Shown here one piece after another: positions 21,604 to 32,475 of a stretch of 64,000 bases of DNA. The DNA comes from an uncultured cyanobacterium (lineage in GTDB: Bacteria; Cyanobacteriota; Cyanobacteriia; Cyanobacteriales; CAWCAG01). Within the stretch, counting starts at the first letter, position 1. Each line of letters begins with the position of its first letter. The stretch lies in assembly GCA_963793425.1 (NCBI GenBank), contig CAWCAG010000005.1, forward strand, positions 1,728,001 to 1,792,000. The letters are read 5' to 3'. The notes beneath the pieces were generated by a model. The model was not told where the DNA came from. It did no database searches and was given only the letters and a program-made list of their open reading frames with translations. The position numbers and the translations under genes are program-made.

Positions 21604-23163
21604 ATGGTTAACTCAACAAAAGCCAACCAAAAGCCGAGTAAGCGAACTGTTCCAGAGTTTGTAGAAGATATCAAGGCGCTAACTACTGAAATACAGGAGT
21701 TATATTCCCTAGACTCAATACCTTGGATTGTCGGTGTATCTGGAGGCAAAGATAGCACTACAGTATTGCAATTAATTTGGAATGCGATCGCCGAGTTGCC
21801 ACCCGAAAAGCGAACTAAGACTATTCATGTTATTACTAACGATACATTAGTAGAAAATCCGGTAGTTTCTGCTTGGGTACGCAAGTCTCTAGAAAAGATG
21901 GAAACGGCGGCCCAACAACAAGGAATGCCTATAGAAACTCATCTAACTTATCCTGAAGTTAGGAATACGTTTTGGGCTTGCTTAATTGGTAAAGGTTATC
22001 CTGCCCCTAGAAATCACTTTCGTTGGTGTACAGAAAGACTCAAAATAAAACCGGCTAATCGTTTTATCCGAGAAGTAGTTAGGGAGCATGGAGAAACGAT
22101 TTTAGCTTTGGGTACACGCAAAGCAGAAAGTGCTAAACGAGCAGCAACAATGGAGAAACACGAAGCAAAAAGATTGCGGGATCATCTTAGCCCTCATGGC
22201 AGTTTACCTAACTCCTTGATTTATTCTCCCATTGAAGATTGGCGTACTGATGAAGTTTGGCTTTATCTTAATCAGTGGCAGAATCCTTGGGGAGTTGATA
22301 ATAAAGACTTGTTCGCTATGTATCGGGGGGCAACAGCAGATAATGAATGTCCTTTAGTAGTAGATACTTCTACCCCTAGTTGTGGTAGTTCCCGTTTTGG
22401 TTGTTGGGTTTGTACATTAGTTAATAAAGATAAATCTATGGAGGCAATGATCCAAAATGATCAGGAAAAAGAATGGATGCAACCTCTTTTGGATATTAGG
22501 AATGAGTTAGATGTAGAAAATGATCGCGATCGCAGAGATTTTCGTCGTATCTTTGGCAAGGTTCAACTCTTTGAAAAAGAGAAAGATGGCAAAACTTCTG
22601 TAGAGAATATCCCCGGTCCTTATACGAGATATTGGCGAGAATATTGGTTAACAAAAGTGCTGGAGGCACAAACTACAGTTCGCAAAACTGCACCAACAGA
22701 CATGGGAGATATAACCTTAATTACTCCGGAAGAGTTGAGTGAAATACGCCGCATTTGGTTAGAAGAGAAGCATGAGTTTGATGATAGCTTGCCTCGTATT
22801 TATGAAGAAGTGACAGGAGAAAAGTTTATTGATACTCGCCCTGGATCTGATAGTAGCTTATTGGGTGCAGAAGAATGGCATACTTTAACAGAAATTTGTG
22901 ATGATGCTATGCACCTAGAGTTGATGGCGAAACTAATAGATACTGAACGACAATATTATACTAAAGCAACGCGAAGTGGTATTTATCAAGCCTTGGAAGA
23001 ATGTTTTGTAACTAGTTCCCGTTCTCAAGATGAAGCAATGAAAAATGCCCACTTCAAAAGGAATGTTAAGAATGCTGCGACAGCAGGAGATGTTAATACT
23101 TTAAAAAGTGAATTAGAATCTCAACAATTAAGTTGGGGAAATGTGAAATTTCCTAACTCTTGA
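21604..23163 (+). CDS. dndC: DNA phosphorothioation sulfurtransferase DndC
   Basis: SGGKDST PP-loop, DTLVENP, GYPAP..FRWCT, ECPLVVD..SCGSSRFGCWVCT. Confidence 0.95.
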   Translation: MVNSTKANQKPSKRTVPEFVEDIKALTTEIQELYSLDSIPWIVGVSGGKDSTTVLQLIWNAIAELPPEKRTKTIHVITNDTLVENPVVSAWVRKSLEKMETAAQQQGMPIETHLTYPEVRNTFWACLIGKGYPAPRNHFRWCTERLKIKPANRFIREVVREHGETILALGTRKAESAKRAATMEKHEAKRLRDHLSPHGSLPNSLIYSPIEDWRTDEVWLYLNQWQNPWGVDNKDLFAMYRGATADNECPLVVDTSTPSCGSSRFGCWVCTLVNKDKSMEAMIQNDQEKEWMQPLLDIRNELDVENDRDRRDFRRIFGKVQLFEKEKDGKTSVENIPGPYTRYWREYWLTKVLEAQTTVRKTAPTDMGDITLITPEELSEIRRIWLEEKHEFDDSLPRIYEEVTGEKFIDTRPGSDSSLLGAEEWHTLTEICDDAMHLELMAKLIDTERQYYTKATRSGIYQALEECFVTSSRSQDEAMKNAHFKRNVKNAATAGDVNTLKSELESQQLSWGNVKFPNS

Positions 23164-23248
23164 AAAAAAATACTTTGAGAGTAATCTTGCTGTTGTTAAC
23201 CTAATAGTGATAGTATTTTGCACTTGTTGGCACTTCCCAGGTAAATGA

Positions 23249-25234
23249 GTGAGATTCTGCGAACTAGTTTTACAAAATTTTGGCCCTTATAAGGGGCGTA
23301 ATGTTCTGAATTTCCAACTTCCGGTTGAGGAAGAGGATACAAGCCCGATTATCTTGTTAGGAGGAATGAATGGTGGCGGCAAAACTACTCTTATGGATGC
23401 CATACGGCTGGCTTTTTATGGTAGTCGCGCCCAATGTTCTACCCGTGGTAACTTAAGCTATGGAGATTTTCTTACCCAATCGGTACACAAGTTAGCTAAG
23501 GCAACAGAAGAGGCTTGTATTGAGTTGGCTTTTGAACATATTTATAATAGCCAACAGGCAGTTTTTCGGATTAGAAGGAGTTGGTTAAGGAATCCGAGAA
23601 ATGGTAAGGATACTTTAAGTATTGCTGTTGATAAATGGTTTGATGATGCTTTAACTAAAACTTGGGATGAGAGAATAGAAGATATTTTCCCTTTAGGTAT
23701 TTCTAATCTTTTCCTTTTTGATGGAGAACAGGTAAAAGAGTTAGCAGAGTTAGAGACTCCGCCAGCTATAGTTATTGAAGCAATTCAATCTCTTTTAGGA
23801 TTAGAATTAGCAGAAAAATTGAGCGTGGATTTAGATATTTTAGTTAATCGTAAAAGGAAAACTTTAGCGACGGCAAAGCAGCGTCTTAATATTGAAGGGA
23901 TTGAGAAAAAAATTAAGCAACAAAAAGATAGTTTGGCAATTGCGAAGCGAGAATTAACTGAATTACAAACTAAATTAGCTGGAGCGCAGGAAAGACAGCA
24001 AATAGCCACAAGTAATTTTATTGTGGAAGGAGGAAAGATTGCCGCAAAGCGTTCTCAATTAGAAGCAGGAATTACCCAATTAACAATAGAAAAAGAGGAA
24101 CAGTATCAAAGTTTAAAAGACGTTGCCGGGGATGTTCTGCCTTTAGGATTAATTATACCTTTGTTAACAGCAACTCACCAACAAGGAGAGGTGGAAGTTA
24201 AAAGAGAACAGGCACAAATTGCTAGGGAGGTATTAATAGAAAGAGATGAACATTTGCTAGAATATATACAATCTATTTCTTTAGCTAAAATTAAATTAAA
24301 GCAAATCGAAGCTTTCTTGGCAGCAGAGAATCAATCCTTAGCCACAGAAATTGAAGCAGAAGAGGACGCTTATTTAAAGTGTGGTAGCGAGGCTATTAAG
24401 CAATTAAATCAACTTCTAGAAACGGAACTGCCCAGGCAAATTACTATCACTCAAGAAAAGTTAGAGAAATTGCAGCAAATAGAAGTAGAAATAAATTCTC
24501 AAGAACGCCAATTAGCAATGGCGGCCCCCCCAGAAGCCTATGAAAAATTAGAAAAAGCCTTAGAGAAAGCACAACAAGAATTAGGTAAAGTACAGGCTGA
24601 ATATGAAGTAAGCAGGAAAAACTGTGGGGAAATAGAACGGAGAATTATTGAAACGAAAAAAGAGTTACAAAAGTATGGGGAAGAACATATTGATCGTAGT
24701 AACGACGAACATATTATTAAATCAGCAGCTAAGGTACAACAAACTCTCCAACTATTTCGAGACAAGCTAACCCTAAAAAAACTCAATCGTTTGGAAGTGG
24801 AAGTAACAGAATGTTTTCGCTATCTCATTCATAAAGAGGATTTTGTTCATCGTATTACTATTGATAGTGAAAGTTTTCGCCTTTCTCTTTACGATTTTCA
24901 AGGAGAATCTTTACCTAAACACCGACTTTCTGCCGGAGAAAAACAACTTTTAGCCATTGCTTTTCTCTGGGGGCTAGCGAGAGTTTCAGGACGCAATTTA
25001 CCCGTAGCCATTGACACTCCTTTAGGAAGATTAGATTCAGAACACCGCCACAATTTAGTTGAGCGATATTTTCCTGCGGCTTCTCACCAAGTTATTCTCC
25101 TTTCTACGGATACAGAAATAGGTAAAACCGAAATAGAACAGTTAAGAAAATCCGAAGCGATCGCACTTGAATATTTATTAAAATACAACCACAAAAATCA
25201 ACAAACTACCATAGAAGAAGGCTATTTCTGGTAA
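23249..25234 (+). CDS. dndD: DNA sulfur modification SMC-like ATPase DndD
   Basis: GMNGGGKTT, FLFDGE, coiled coil, LSAGEKQ, IDTPLGRLD and LLSTDTE; follows dndC. Confidence 0.95.
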   Translation: MRFCELVLQNFGPYKGRNVLNFQLPVEEEDTSPIILLGGMNGGGKTTLMDAIRLAFYGSRAQCSTRGNLSYGDFLTQSVHKLAKATEEACIELAFEHIYNSQQAVFRIRRSWLRNPRNGKDTLSIAVDKWFDDALTKTWDERIEDIFPLGISNLFLFDGEQVKELAELETPPAIVIEAIQSLLGLELAEKLSVDLDILVNRKRKTLATAKQRLNIEGIEKKIKQQKDSLAIAKRELTELQTKLAGAQERQQIATSNFIVEGGKIAAKRSQLEAGITQLTIEKEEQYQSLKDVAGDVLPLGLIIPLLTATHQQGEVEVKREQAQIAREVLIERDEHLLEYIQSISLAKIKLKQIEAFLAAENQSLATEIEAEEDAYLKCGSEAIKQLNQLLETELPRQITITQEKLEKLQQIEVEINSQERQLAMAAPPEAYEKLEKALEKAQQELGKVQAEYEVSRKNCGEIERRIIETKKELQKYGEEHIDRSNDEHIIKSAAKVQQTLQLFRDKLTLKKLNRLEVEVTECFRYLIHKEDFVHRITIDSESFRLSLYDFQGESLPKHRLSAGEKQLLAIAFLWGLARVSGRNLPVAIDTPLGRLDSEHRHNLVERYFPAASHQVILLSTDTEIGKTEIEQLRKSEAIALEYLLKYNHKNQQTTIEEGYFW

Positions 25235-25360
25235 TAGGATATCCTACCCTTGTGGCATGACTTATCTGTAAGGGTAGGGAGTAGGGAGTAGGGAGTAGGG
25301 TTTGAGAAGTTCATTCGGTAGATTTTATCTAGGGTACTTCAGTACCCTGATTTGCTATTA
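25232..25360. mobile_element. MITE-like element with internal AGGGAGT repeats
   Basis: Imperfect terminal inverted repeats TAATAGGATATC / GATTTGCTATTA; homologous copy at about 57612-57737. Confidence 0.6.
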
Positions 25361-27013
25361 TTCTGGAAAGAAAACAATCGAATCATCCAGGGGTTTAATT
25401 TCTGTATTAGGGTAGTAGAAATCTAGAATTTTCTGGGAAGACCAACCAAGATTAGCTAGATTATAAGAACCATATTGACTCATACCAACTCCGTGACCAA
25501 AACCACCGCCGATAAATTTGTAGGCTGTTAAGTTTTGGTTTGCCCCGTAAACGGGTTCAAGATAAAATAGGGTACTACGAGGGGGACCAAAAGCGCTACG
25601 GGCTTCGTTTTTATGCAGTTCCACCAAACCTTTGTCGGTTTCCGCCGTTAAAGTAAGTACCCTTCCCGAAGGCGATCGCTCGGTAATCTCCATCTTATTG
25701 ATGGTGGTGAAGCCTGCTAAGGGGCTTTTTGTGTTGGTAAGGTAGCGTTGTAAGTCTTTGGTTAACTGCTCAATACTACTTTGTTTATTCCAGCGAAAAG
25801 CATCAACATCACTTTCATTAAAACCAGCCTTAGAAGCAATAAATTGACGAAAATTGGCCTCATTTTCCAGAGGTTTTTGGGATAAATCCCACATGGGGTT
25901 AGGAGAGTCAATGACAGGCTGGAGATAGGGACGTTTTTCACCATCCCAAATATCCCCAAAAGAGGCTGTAACTCCTCCTGTAGCAGCAGAATAGAGGGCA
26001 TCTACCAGTTCATTTTCATAGGTTAAAACTAGTCCTGTTGTAGCCGCGATCGCCTTATCCGCAGAAGCGCTAGTTCCGCTTAAACCGCGATAAACTTGAC
26101 AATGAACTGTGGCACAAAGTTGGTAATCATCAGCCTTGAAGCGTCGTAGGTTTCTCAGGGCGTAGGTACGGGCGATAATAGTTTGAGCTTCCACAGCATT
26201 GTAGGGGGCATTGGGACCAATTTCGTGGGGAACTACCCCCCGTAAATAGGTTTCCAGGGGAACATGGTTAACCAAACTGAAGTCGTCGTAAGCATTGGGT
26301 TGAAATTCTAAATACCCAGAGTATAAATAGGGGCTACGTTTGTCTTCTTGATCAAGAACTTGAATCAACTCATTATCTGCGGTGATAGTTAATTTTTGGC
26401 GATTATAGCGATAACCTCCTACGGTAAAAGCAATTTTCTTTTCTGTTTCTAAAACCTCTGTTTCTAAATAGGTATCCTGATAACCTTGAGCCTGTAAAGT
26501 CTCTAAAAGCAAACGTCGCAATAAAGGGGTTTGGTAAACATCTCTTTTCGCCCAAACTTGCCAGCGCCCTGGTTGGGTAACTTCTGTTGCTACCCCCAAC
26601 TCTTCCCAGCCAAGGGAACTATCTTCGGCCGTTTCAAAGGTAGAGCGATCACTAAGAATAACTTTTTCGACTACTTTTGGTTCAGCTAAGGGAGTACTGC
26701 TGAGTTGTACCTTAACTTCCTGCACTTCTACAGTCGTTGAACTCATATCTCCAGCGAGGAATTGCAGAGTTAGTTTCCCTCCTCCGGTAGCAGAAATAGT
26801 CAGTTCATCTGTGGATTCTTCACCAAAACGCTGAACAACCCCAACTTCCAAGATTACATCTGTGTTTTCCTTCTGTTTTGTCTCTTCTTCTTTAGGGGCA
26901 AAAGCAACTGCTAGTCCGGCAATACAGATAAAGGAAATCATTGCCCCTAATCCACGAAAAATGAGCTTCTTTTTGCTACCCTGAGATTTTCGTTCAACCA
27001 TCATCTCCCCCAT
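25358..27013 (-). CDS. SpoIID/LytB-domain protein
   Basis: LETYLRGVVPHEI, AQTIIARTYA, CQVY and GHGVGMSQYG motifs. Confidence 0.9.
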   Translation of the reverse strand: MGEMMVERKSQGSKKKLIFRGLGAMISFICIAGLAVAFAPKEEETKQKENTDVILEVGVVQRFGEESTDELTISATGGGKLTLQFLAGDMSSTTVEVQEVKVQLSSTPLAEPKVVEKVILSDRSTFETAEDSSLGWEELGVATEVTQPGRWQVWAKRDVYQTPLLRRLLLETLQAQGYQDTYLETEVLETEKKIAFTVGGYRYNRQKLTITADNELIQVLDQEDKRSPYLYSGYLEFQPNAYDDFSLVNHVPLETYLRGVVPHEIGPNAPYNAVEAQTIIARTYALRNLRRFKADDYQLCATVHCQVYRGLSGTSASADKAIAATTGLVLTYENELVDALYSAATGGVTASFGDIWDGEKRPYLQPVIDSPNPMWDLSQKPLENEANFRQFIASKAGFNESDVDAFRWNKQSSIEQLTKDLQRYLTNTKSPLAGFTTINKMEITERSPSGRVLTLTAETDKGLVELHKNEARSAFGPPRSTLFYLEPVYGANQNLTAYKFIGGGFGHGVGMSQYGSYNLANLGWSSQKILDFYYPNTEIKPLDDSIVFFPE

Positions 27014-27144
27014 TTGAGTTTAACTGTGCCACAATAACAGTCTTCTTAGCCTAGAACCAGTAATCAGCATCCAGGGTTAAGGTTAGTATTAAATATGACT
27101 GTTAGAACAATTTTCTTGATTTAGATAGTTTTAATTTTTAATTT

Positions 27145-30100
27145 TCAAGCCTCAGTACTACTTTCAGTTAATATCTCTCCCGCCAGTAACTTTTTCGCTG
27201 CATTGAGTAAAGTTGCTTCTACATAGGGCTTCGTAAAATAGGCCTTTGCTCCTCGTTCTGCGGCTATTTGACGATGTTTTTGCGCTCCACGAGAAGTTAA
27301 CATAGCCACTGGCAGTTTGCTTAGTTCTTCGTCTTGCTGGAGCTTGGTGAGTAAGTCTAAACCATTCATCCTCGGCATTTCAATATCACAGAAAGCCAGA
27401 TCGCACATTAACCCATCTTGAAGTTTTTCCCAAGCTTCTTGCCCATCCCTAGCTTGTTCAACGCTATAACCAGCTTTGATAAAGGTTTCTGAAAGTAGTT
27501 CCCGTACCACAATAGAGTCGTCAATAATTAATACTAAAGGTTCTTGTTGGCTAATTGTTTCTACTGGTGCTGGTGTTTCTGGTTGAATTATAGGTTGAGT
27601 TGGGGTTTTGAGGGCTTTTGCCAGGGCTTGGGGTTCATGAACACGGCTAACGCGGGTACTACCTTCGAGTAAGACTTCTCCTTGCATCATTCTCTGGGCC
27701 CCATCAAGGAGATTTTCTTCCAAATAGGGTTTAGTGAAGTAACCATTCGCCCCCAATTCAGCAGCAGCCTCTTTATGTCTTGCTGCACCACGGGAGGTAA
27801 GCATAGCAATAGGTAGGTTTTTGAGTTGTTCGTCTTTTTGTAAGCGACCCAATAGCTCTAAGCCATTCATCCGGGGCATTTCAATGTCGCAGAAAACAAT
27901 ATTGCAAGGCAGCCCAGAACGCAGTTTTTCCCAAGCTTCTTGACCATCTCTAGCTTGTTCAACGCGATAGCCGGCTTTATTAAAGGTGATGGAAAGTAGT
28001 TCCCTAACAGTGATAGAGTCGTCTACTATTAGCACCATAGGTTCACTTTGGCTAATTTCTGGGGTTGATTTAGCTGGAACATTGTTCTCTTGCCAAGTAC
28101 CACCAGAGTTGCTACGACCATGAAACAGATCCATTAGTTCCAAAACATCGGCGATGGGCATTACTCTACCATCTCCCAATACTGTAGCCCCAGCAATACC
28201 CAATGGTTTGGGTACAGGGCCAGTTAGTTGTTTGATGACAATTTCTTGTTCTTCTAGAACTTGATCTACTTCTACAGCAATAAAGTTACCGGCACTACGC
28301 AGGACAAGAATAGAATTTAATTCATCTTGTCTCTTACCGCGATACATTTTTCTTCTTCCCAAGCGGCGATTATAGCTTAGCAATTCGGTGATGGGTTTAA
28401 AGGGGAGTAGATTATCTCGCCAATGGATGCAGGTTTCTCCTTGGGCGTTAGTTTGTATTTGGCTGGCTGAAACATCAATGACATCTTCCACTCCATCCAT
28501 GGGGAAGGCAATACTGGTATTTTCCACCCGGCAACAAAGGGCAGGGGAAATGCTGAGGTTCAAAGGTAGCCGAATGGTAAAGGTTGTTCCTTTGCCTAAA
28601 TCTGAGTCTATGGCAACAGTACCGCGAATTTCCATGATACTGTTGCGTACCACATCCATACCGACACCTCGCCCCGCAAAGTTGTCAGCTTGGTCGTTGG
28701 TACTAAAACCCGGTTGGAATAGTAAACCATAAACTTCTTGGTCGGAGATTTGTTGGGCTTCTACTGAAGAAATTAAACCTTTGTCTACGGCTTTGCGCTT
28801 GACCACATCTACTGGAATTCCGCCCCCATCATCAGCAACGGTAATGATGGTTTGGTTGCCTTGGTGGAAGGCGGAAACGGTTATTTTGCCTGCTGGGGTC
28901 TTCCCGGCTTTTAGGCGAACTTCCGCAGGCTCAATGCCATGGTAGAGGGCATTGTTAACTAAGTGAGTGAGGGGGTCAGAAAGATGTTCTAAAATCATCT
29001 TATCAATGAGAGTTTCTCGCCCTTCAAGTTGGATTTGGGCTTGTTTGTTTAATTCTTGAGAAACTCGCTTGACAGCAATGGGTAAGCGACTGGCGGTTCT
29101 GTCAAAGGGAACCATGCGGGCTTTGGTTAAACCTTCTTGCATTTGACCTGTGACATGGCGCAGGTTTCTGGCCACTTGGTCAACTTCTTCAACAATTAAG
29201 CCAATATCCGAAGCTGATTCCCTCACCCTCACCACTAGTTCGATCATTTCTTGGGAGAGGAGGTGGAAGCCAGAGAAGCGATCCATTTCGAGGGGATCGT
29301 AACTTTGGTCGCCAGAGCCACCATTCCGACTAGGGCCTATGTCTATACCCACTGTGGCTCGATTATGTCTTTGACGGCTGGCTAAGAGGGAACTTTCTAG
29401 GAGCGATCGCTCATATAAGTCTTGCATTCTCGACCCCACATCGCTTAAATTACCTGCTTGTTGCAAGAGGCTATCTAAGGACTGACGCAGCATTTCTTGG
29501 TCTTTTTCTAAGCCGTTGCGGTTAACAACTAATTCCCCCATCAGGTTAATGAGGTTGTCGAGTTGTTTGACAGGAACTTTGAGAGTCTGCTCAAAAATAC
29601 TGACTTTCTTTTGGGAATTTCCAGAGGTAGGACGCTGTTGTCCTGAACGGGGTACAACACTTGGTGTTCCCCCAACCTGGCTTTCAATATCTTTAAGCAA
29701 GTCCTCTAAGTCGCTAAATTCGTCTTCTAAGCTATTACTATCTACTTGAGAGGGGTTTGCTGAACTGGAGAGTTGAATATTTTGTTCTTGAGGTGAATCT
29801 GCACCAACTGAGTTTTGGAGTAAGTTTTCTAACTGCTCAAAAGCCCCAATGCCATTTAATTCAGCTAAAACTTTGGCTGTGGAGTCTTCTTTGATTAAGG
29901 CTTCTAATTCTTGAAAGGATGTGTAGTATTCTAAGGTTTCTTCCTTTGCTGGTTGAGAAGAAGTTTCTGCTGGTTCAGTAACAGAATCCTCTGCATCCCA
30001 ATCAAAGAGAGATTCTAAAGATTGAGCTTCTTCTGCTTCTGTATCTATTTCTAGGCTTTGAGAATCATCTAAGAGGGCATCCAAGTCATCTAAGGATACT

Positions 30101-32475
30101 TCTTCTTCAGCAACTTCTAAATTGCTATGGGGACTATCTCCTTCAAGGAAACTAAAATCAAGACTTAAATCATCGTCTTCAACGTTTTCTAAAGATGTAT
30201 CTAAGTCTAGGCTTAAATCTTCTTGCCCATTTTCTTCTGAATCAGCAAGCTCAAGGCTCACATCTTCTAAGGAACTATTGGTGTCAAAATCAAAATCAAA
30301 ATTATCTTCTGAAGCACCATTGAATGGAGAAGATTGGTTGCTCAAATCTAAGGTATCTGCTGTGAAATCTTCTTCAACAGCTTCTGGAAAGGTACTAGGC
30401 AAATCAGCCAATTCCTCGACTGCTAAATCTTGTTCTGGAGTATCAAGATCAAAGGAGAAATGATTATTTTCTGTGGGTTCTGAGAAAGTATTATCTAGTT
30501 CAGAAGATTCGCGAGCTATTTCTTCTTCAAATAAATCATTTAGCTCAGTAAAGTCAGAACCTTCTTGGGAATCAGCAAAAGCGTCTAGATCAAGAGATTC
30601 TATTGCTGATTTAGGTAAGTCAATTTCTGCGTCTGCGTCTGCTTTTATTGCTTGGGTACTTTCTGAGTCTAATAGTTCACCAAAACCCAATTCCCCAGTG
30701 GGTATATCATCACTTTGGTCATCTGCTAATTCTTGAGGATCATCTGCCCCAATCGCGAGGAGATCGTCGAAGCTTTCTAATGCTTCGGCCGTTTCTTCTG
30801 AAGAGTCGGAACCGATGACTAAAAGGTCATCAAAAGCTGCTGTTCCCTCAAAACCTAAAGCATCACTCTCTTCACTCTCTTCTTGATTTGATGTTTCTTC
30901 ATTAGAGTTGCTGGTTTGCGTTTCACTTTCATCGGGTTCAAATAGAGTATCTAAATCATTGAAAGCTTGTGTTTCCTCTTCTTCGTCTTGATTTTCGTTT
31001 TCGTCGGTGAAGGCAAAATCTAAATCCAACTCTTCCTCTAAGTCACCGAAAGCTGTTGCTAAATCCGACTCCTCTTCAACTGTACCGACGGTTGGTAAAT
31101 CTTTTTCTCCTAAAATACTTTCTTCTTCAGTATCTGCAAACAAAGCATTCAAATCATCCCCAGAGTCTTCTTCTTCCTCCCTCTCAGCAAAACTGGGTGC
31201 TACGGCTTCTTCATTTTCAGTTAATGATTCAGTTTCCCAAGAAAAATCTTCAGTATCTGAATCTGAAGCAAAACCACTACTAGACAGGAGATCAGCCACT
31301 TCATCTAATCTTTCTGAAGGATCTACTTTACCATTAGCAAGGGTTGAAGAACTAGAAGTTGTTTCTTCTTCTTGTTCAAAATCCTCTTCAAAAAGATTAA
31401 CCAAATTTTCAGCGCTGGAAATTTCATCTTCTTCATCCATATCGAGGAAAAGCTCATCAAAATCTCTTTCTTGCTCGTTTTCTTCTTCCTCAAAGAAAGT
31501 ATCTTGAGAACTAAATTCGGCTTCGGAAGTTTCTTTTTCAATCACTTCTTCCACTTGCCAAGTATTTTCTAAGTCAGGGGCTTCCTCTTCTTCAAATAAG
31601 TCGGCGAGGCTATTGATGGCAGCCATGCCTACTTCTGGGGCGCGATTATGAGTTTTGGGTTCAGGTAACAATGCTTGTAATTGCTGGCTGATGGCAATTT
31701 CTTGAGTCTTACCGGCAACAATTTTTTCCCTCGCCCCTTTAATTTCTTTAATAACTACACCAGCACAACTACGATAGGCATTTTCTGGATTAGCGATCGC
31801 AGCTTCTGTTGCTTCGAGTAGGAGAACCCAAGGGGCAAGATTTCTTTCCCTGCCCAAATCGGCTAAGCCATGACAATATTCTTGCCATTTGCAACGATTT
31901 TCTGAAGAGTCTGGCTGTTTGTAGAGACTCAACATTTCTTTTAAGCGGAGGAGAACTTGCTTATGGAAACTTTGATCTACGGTTGGTGGTTTTTTCTGCT
32001 GGCTAGAGGTCATAGGCGATGTTTCTCCGTCTTCCTCTACTGTAGCTTCTGGAACAGTAATTAAATTATTGAGGTGAGTTTCTAGCTGCTTGAATACTGG
32101 CTCAACTTTGGCAAGAGAGTTCTGAGCAAATTCTGGAGTTAAACCCCCTTGAGCCGATAGTTTCTCGATTAGTTCTTGTAGAGTGATGAATAAACTCAGA
32201 AAATAGGCTGCTAGTTTTTGGTCTGGCTCGAAGGAAGAATCTTGGAAAATGTTGAAGTAGTTTTCTAAGCGATGAGAGATTGCCTGAATACTCGTTAAGC
32301 CTAACATTGCTGCTCCACCCTTAATTGAATGAGCAGCCCGAAATAGCTCGTCTACTATCTCTTGGTTTTGCAAAGTGTCAGCTAAATTCAGCAAACCATG
32401 CTCTATGGTTTGAAGATGCTCTTGGGACTCCAAGATGAAGTAATGTGTTATTTTTCGGTGTTGTTCAGGTTGCAT
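27145..32475 (-). CDS. CheA-like hybrid kinase (PilL/HmpE type): Hpt, long acidic linker, HATPase, CheW and two receiver domains
   Basis: FRAAHSIKG, HLVNNALYHGIE, GRGVGMDVV, GATVLGDG and two DDS...CDIEMP...KP receivers; ATG at 32475 preferred over the TTG at 32502. Confidence 0.9.
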   Translation of the reverse strand: MQPEQHRKITHYFILESQEHLQTIEHGLLNLADTLQNQEIVDELFRAAHSIKGGAAMLGLTSIQAISHRLENYFNIFQDSSFEPDQKLAAYFLSLFITLQELIEKLSAQGGLTPEFAQNSLAKVEPVFKQLETHLNNLITVPEATVEEDGETSPMTSSQQKKPPTVDQSFHKQVLLRLKEMLSLYKQPDSSENRCKWQEYCHGLADLGRERNLAPWVLLLEATEAAIANPENAYRSCAGVVIKEIKGAREKIVAGKTQEIAISQQLQALLPEPKTHNRAPEVGMAAINSLADLFEEEEAPDLENTWQVEEVIEKETSEAEFSSQDTFFEEEENEQERDFDELFLDMDEEDEISSAENLVNLFEEDFEQEEETTSSSSTLANGKVDPSERLDEVADLLSSSGFASDSDTEDFSWETESLTENEEAVAPSFAEREEEEDSGDDLNALFADTEEESILGEKDLPTVGTVEEESDLATAFGDLEEELDLDFAFTDENENQDEEEETQAFNDLDTLFEPDESETQTSNSNEETSNQEESEESDALGFEGTAAFDDLLVIGSDSSEETAEALESFDDLLAIGADDPQELADDQSDDIPTGELGFGELLDSESTQAIKADADAEIDLPKSAIESLDLDAFADSQEGSDFTELNDLFEEEIARESSELDNTFSEPTENNHFSFDLDTPEQDLAVEELADLPSTFPEAVEEDFTADTLDLSNQSSPFNGASEDNFDFDFDTNSSLEDVSLELADSEENGQEDLSLDLDTSLENVEDDDLSLDFSFLEGDSPHSNLEVAEEEVSLDDLDALLDDSQSLEIDTEAEEAQSLESLFDWDAEDSVTEPAETSSQPAKEETLEYYTSFQELEALIKEDSTAKVLAELNGIGAFEQLENLLQNSVGADSPQEQNIQLSSSANPSQVDSNSLEDEFSDLEDLLKDIESQVGGTPSVVPRSGQQRPTSGNSQKKVSIFEQTLKVPVKQLDNLINLMGELVVNRNGLEKDQEMLRQSLDSLLQQAGNLSDVGSRMQDLYERSLLESSLLASRQRHNRATVGIDIGPSRNGGSGDQSYDPLEMDRFSGFHLLSQEMIELVVRVRESASDIGLIVEEVDQVARNLRHVTGQMQEGLTKARMVPFDRTASRLPIAVKRVSQELNKQAQIQLEGRETLIDKMILEHLSDPLTHLVNNALYHGIEPAEVRLKAGKTPAGKITVSAFHQGNQTIITVADDGGGIPVDVVKRKAVDKGLISSVEAQQISDQEVYGLLFQPGFSTNDQADNFAGRGVGMDVVRNSIMEIRGTVAIDSDLGKGTTFTIRLPLNLSISPALCCRVENTSIAFPMDGVEDVIDVSASQIQTNAQGETCIHWRDNLLPFKPITELLSYNRRLGRRKMYRGKRQDELNSILVLRSAGNFIAVEVDQVLEEQEIVIKQLTGPVPKPLGIAGATVLGDGRVMPIADVLELMDLFHGRSNSGGTWQENNVPAKSTPEISQSEPMVLIVDDSITVRELLSITFNKAGYRVEQARDGQEAWEKLRSGLPCNIVFCDIEMPRMNGLELLGRLQKDEQLKNLPIAMLTSRGAARHKEAAAELGANGYFTKPYLEENLLDGAQRMMQGEVLLEGSTRVSRVHEPQALAKALKTPTQPIIQPETPAPVETISQQEPLVLIIDDSIVVRELLSETFIKAGYSVEQARDGQEAWEKLQDGLMCDLAFCDIEMPRMNGLDLLTKLQQDEELSKLPVAMLTSRGAQKHRQIAAERGAKAYFTKPYVEATLLNAAKKLLAGEILTESSTEA

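Noticed and set aside
28388..32006. Ser-rich plus-strand ORFs opposite the CheA gene, and similar antisense ORFs elsewhere
   Set aside because: Shadow frames of acidic or biased coding sequence with no motifs of their own.
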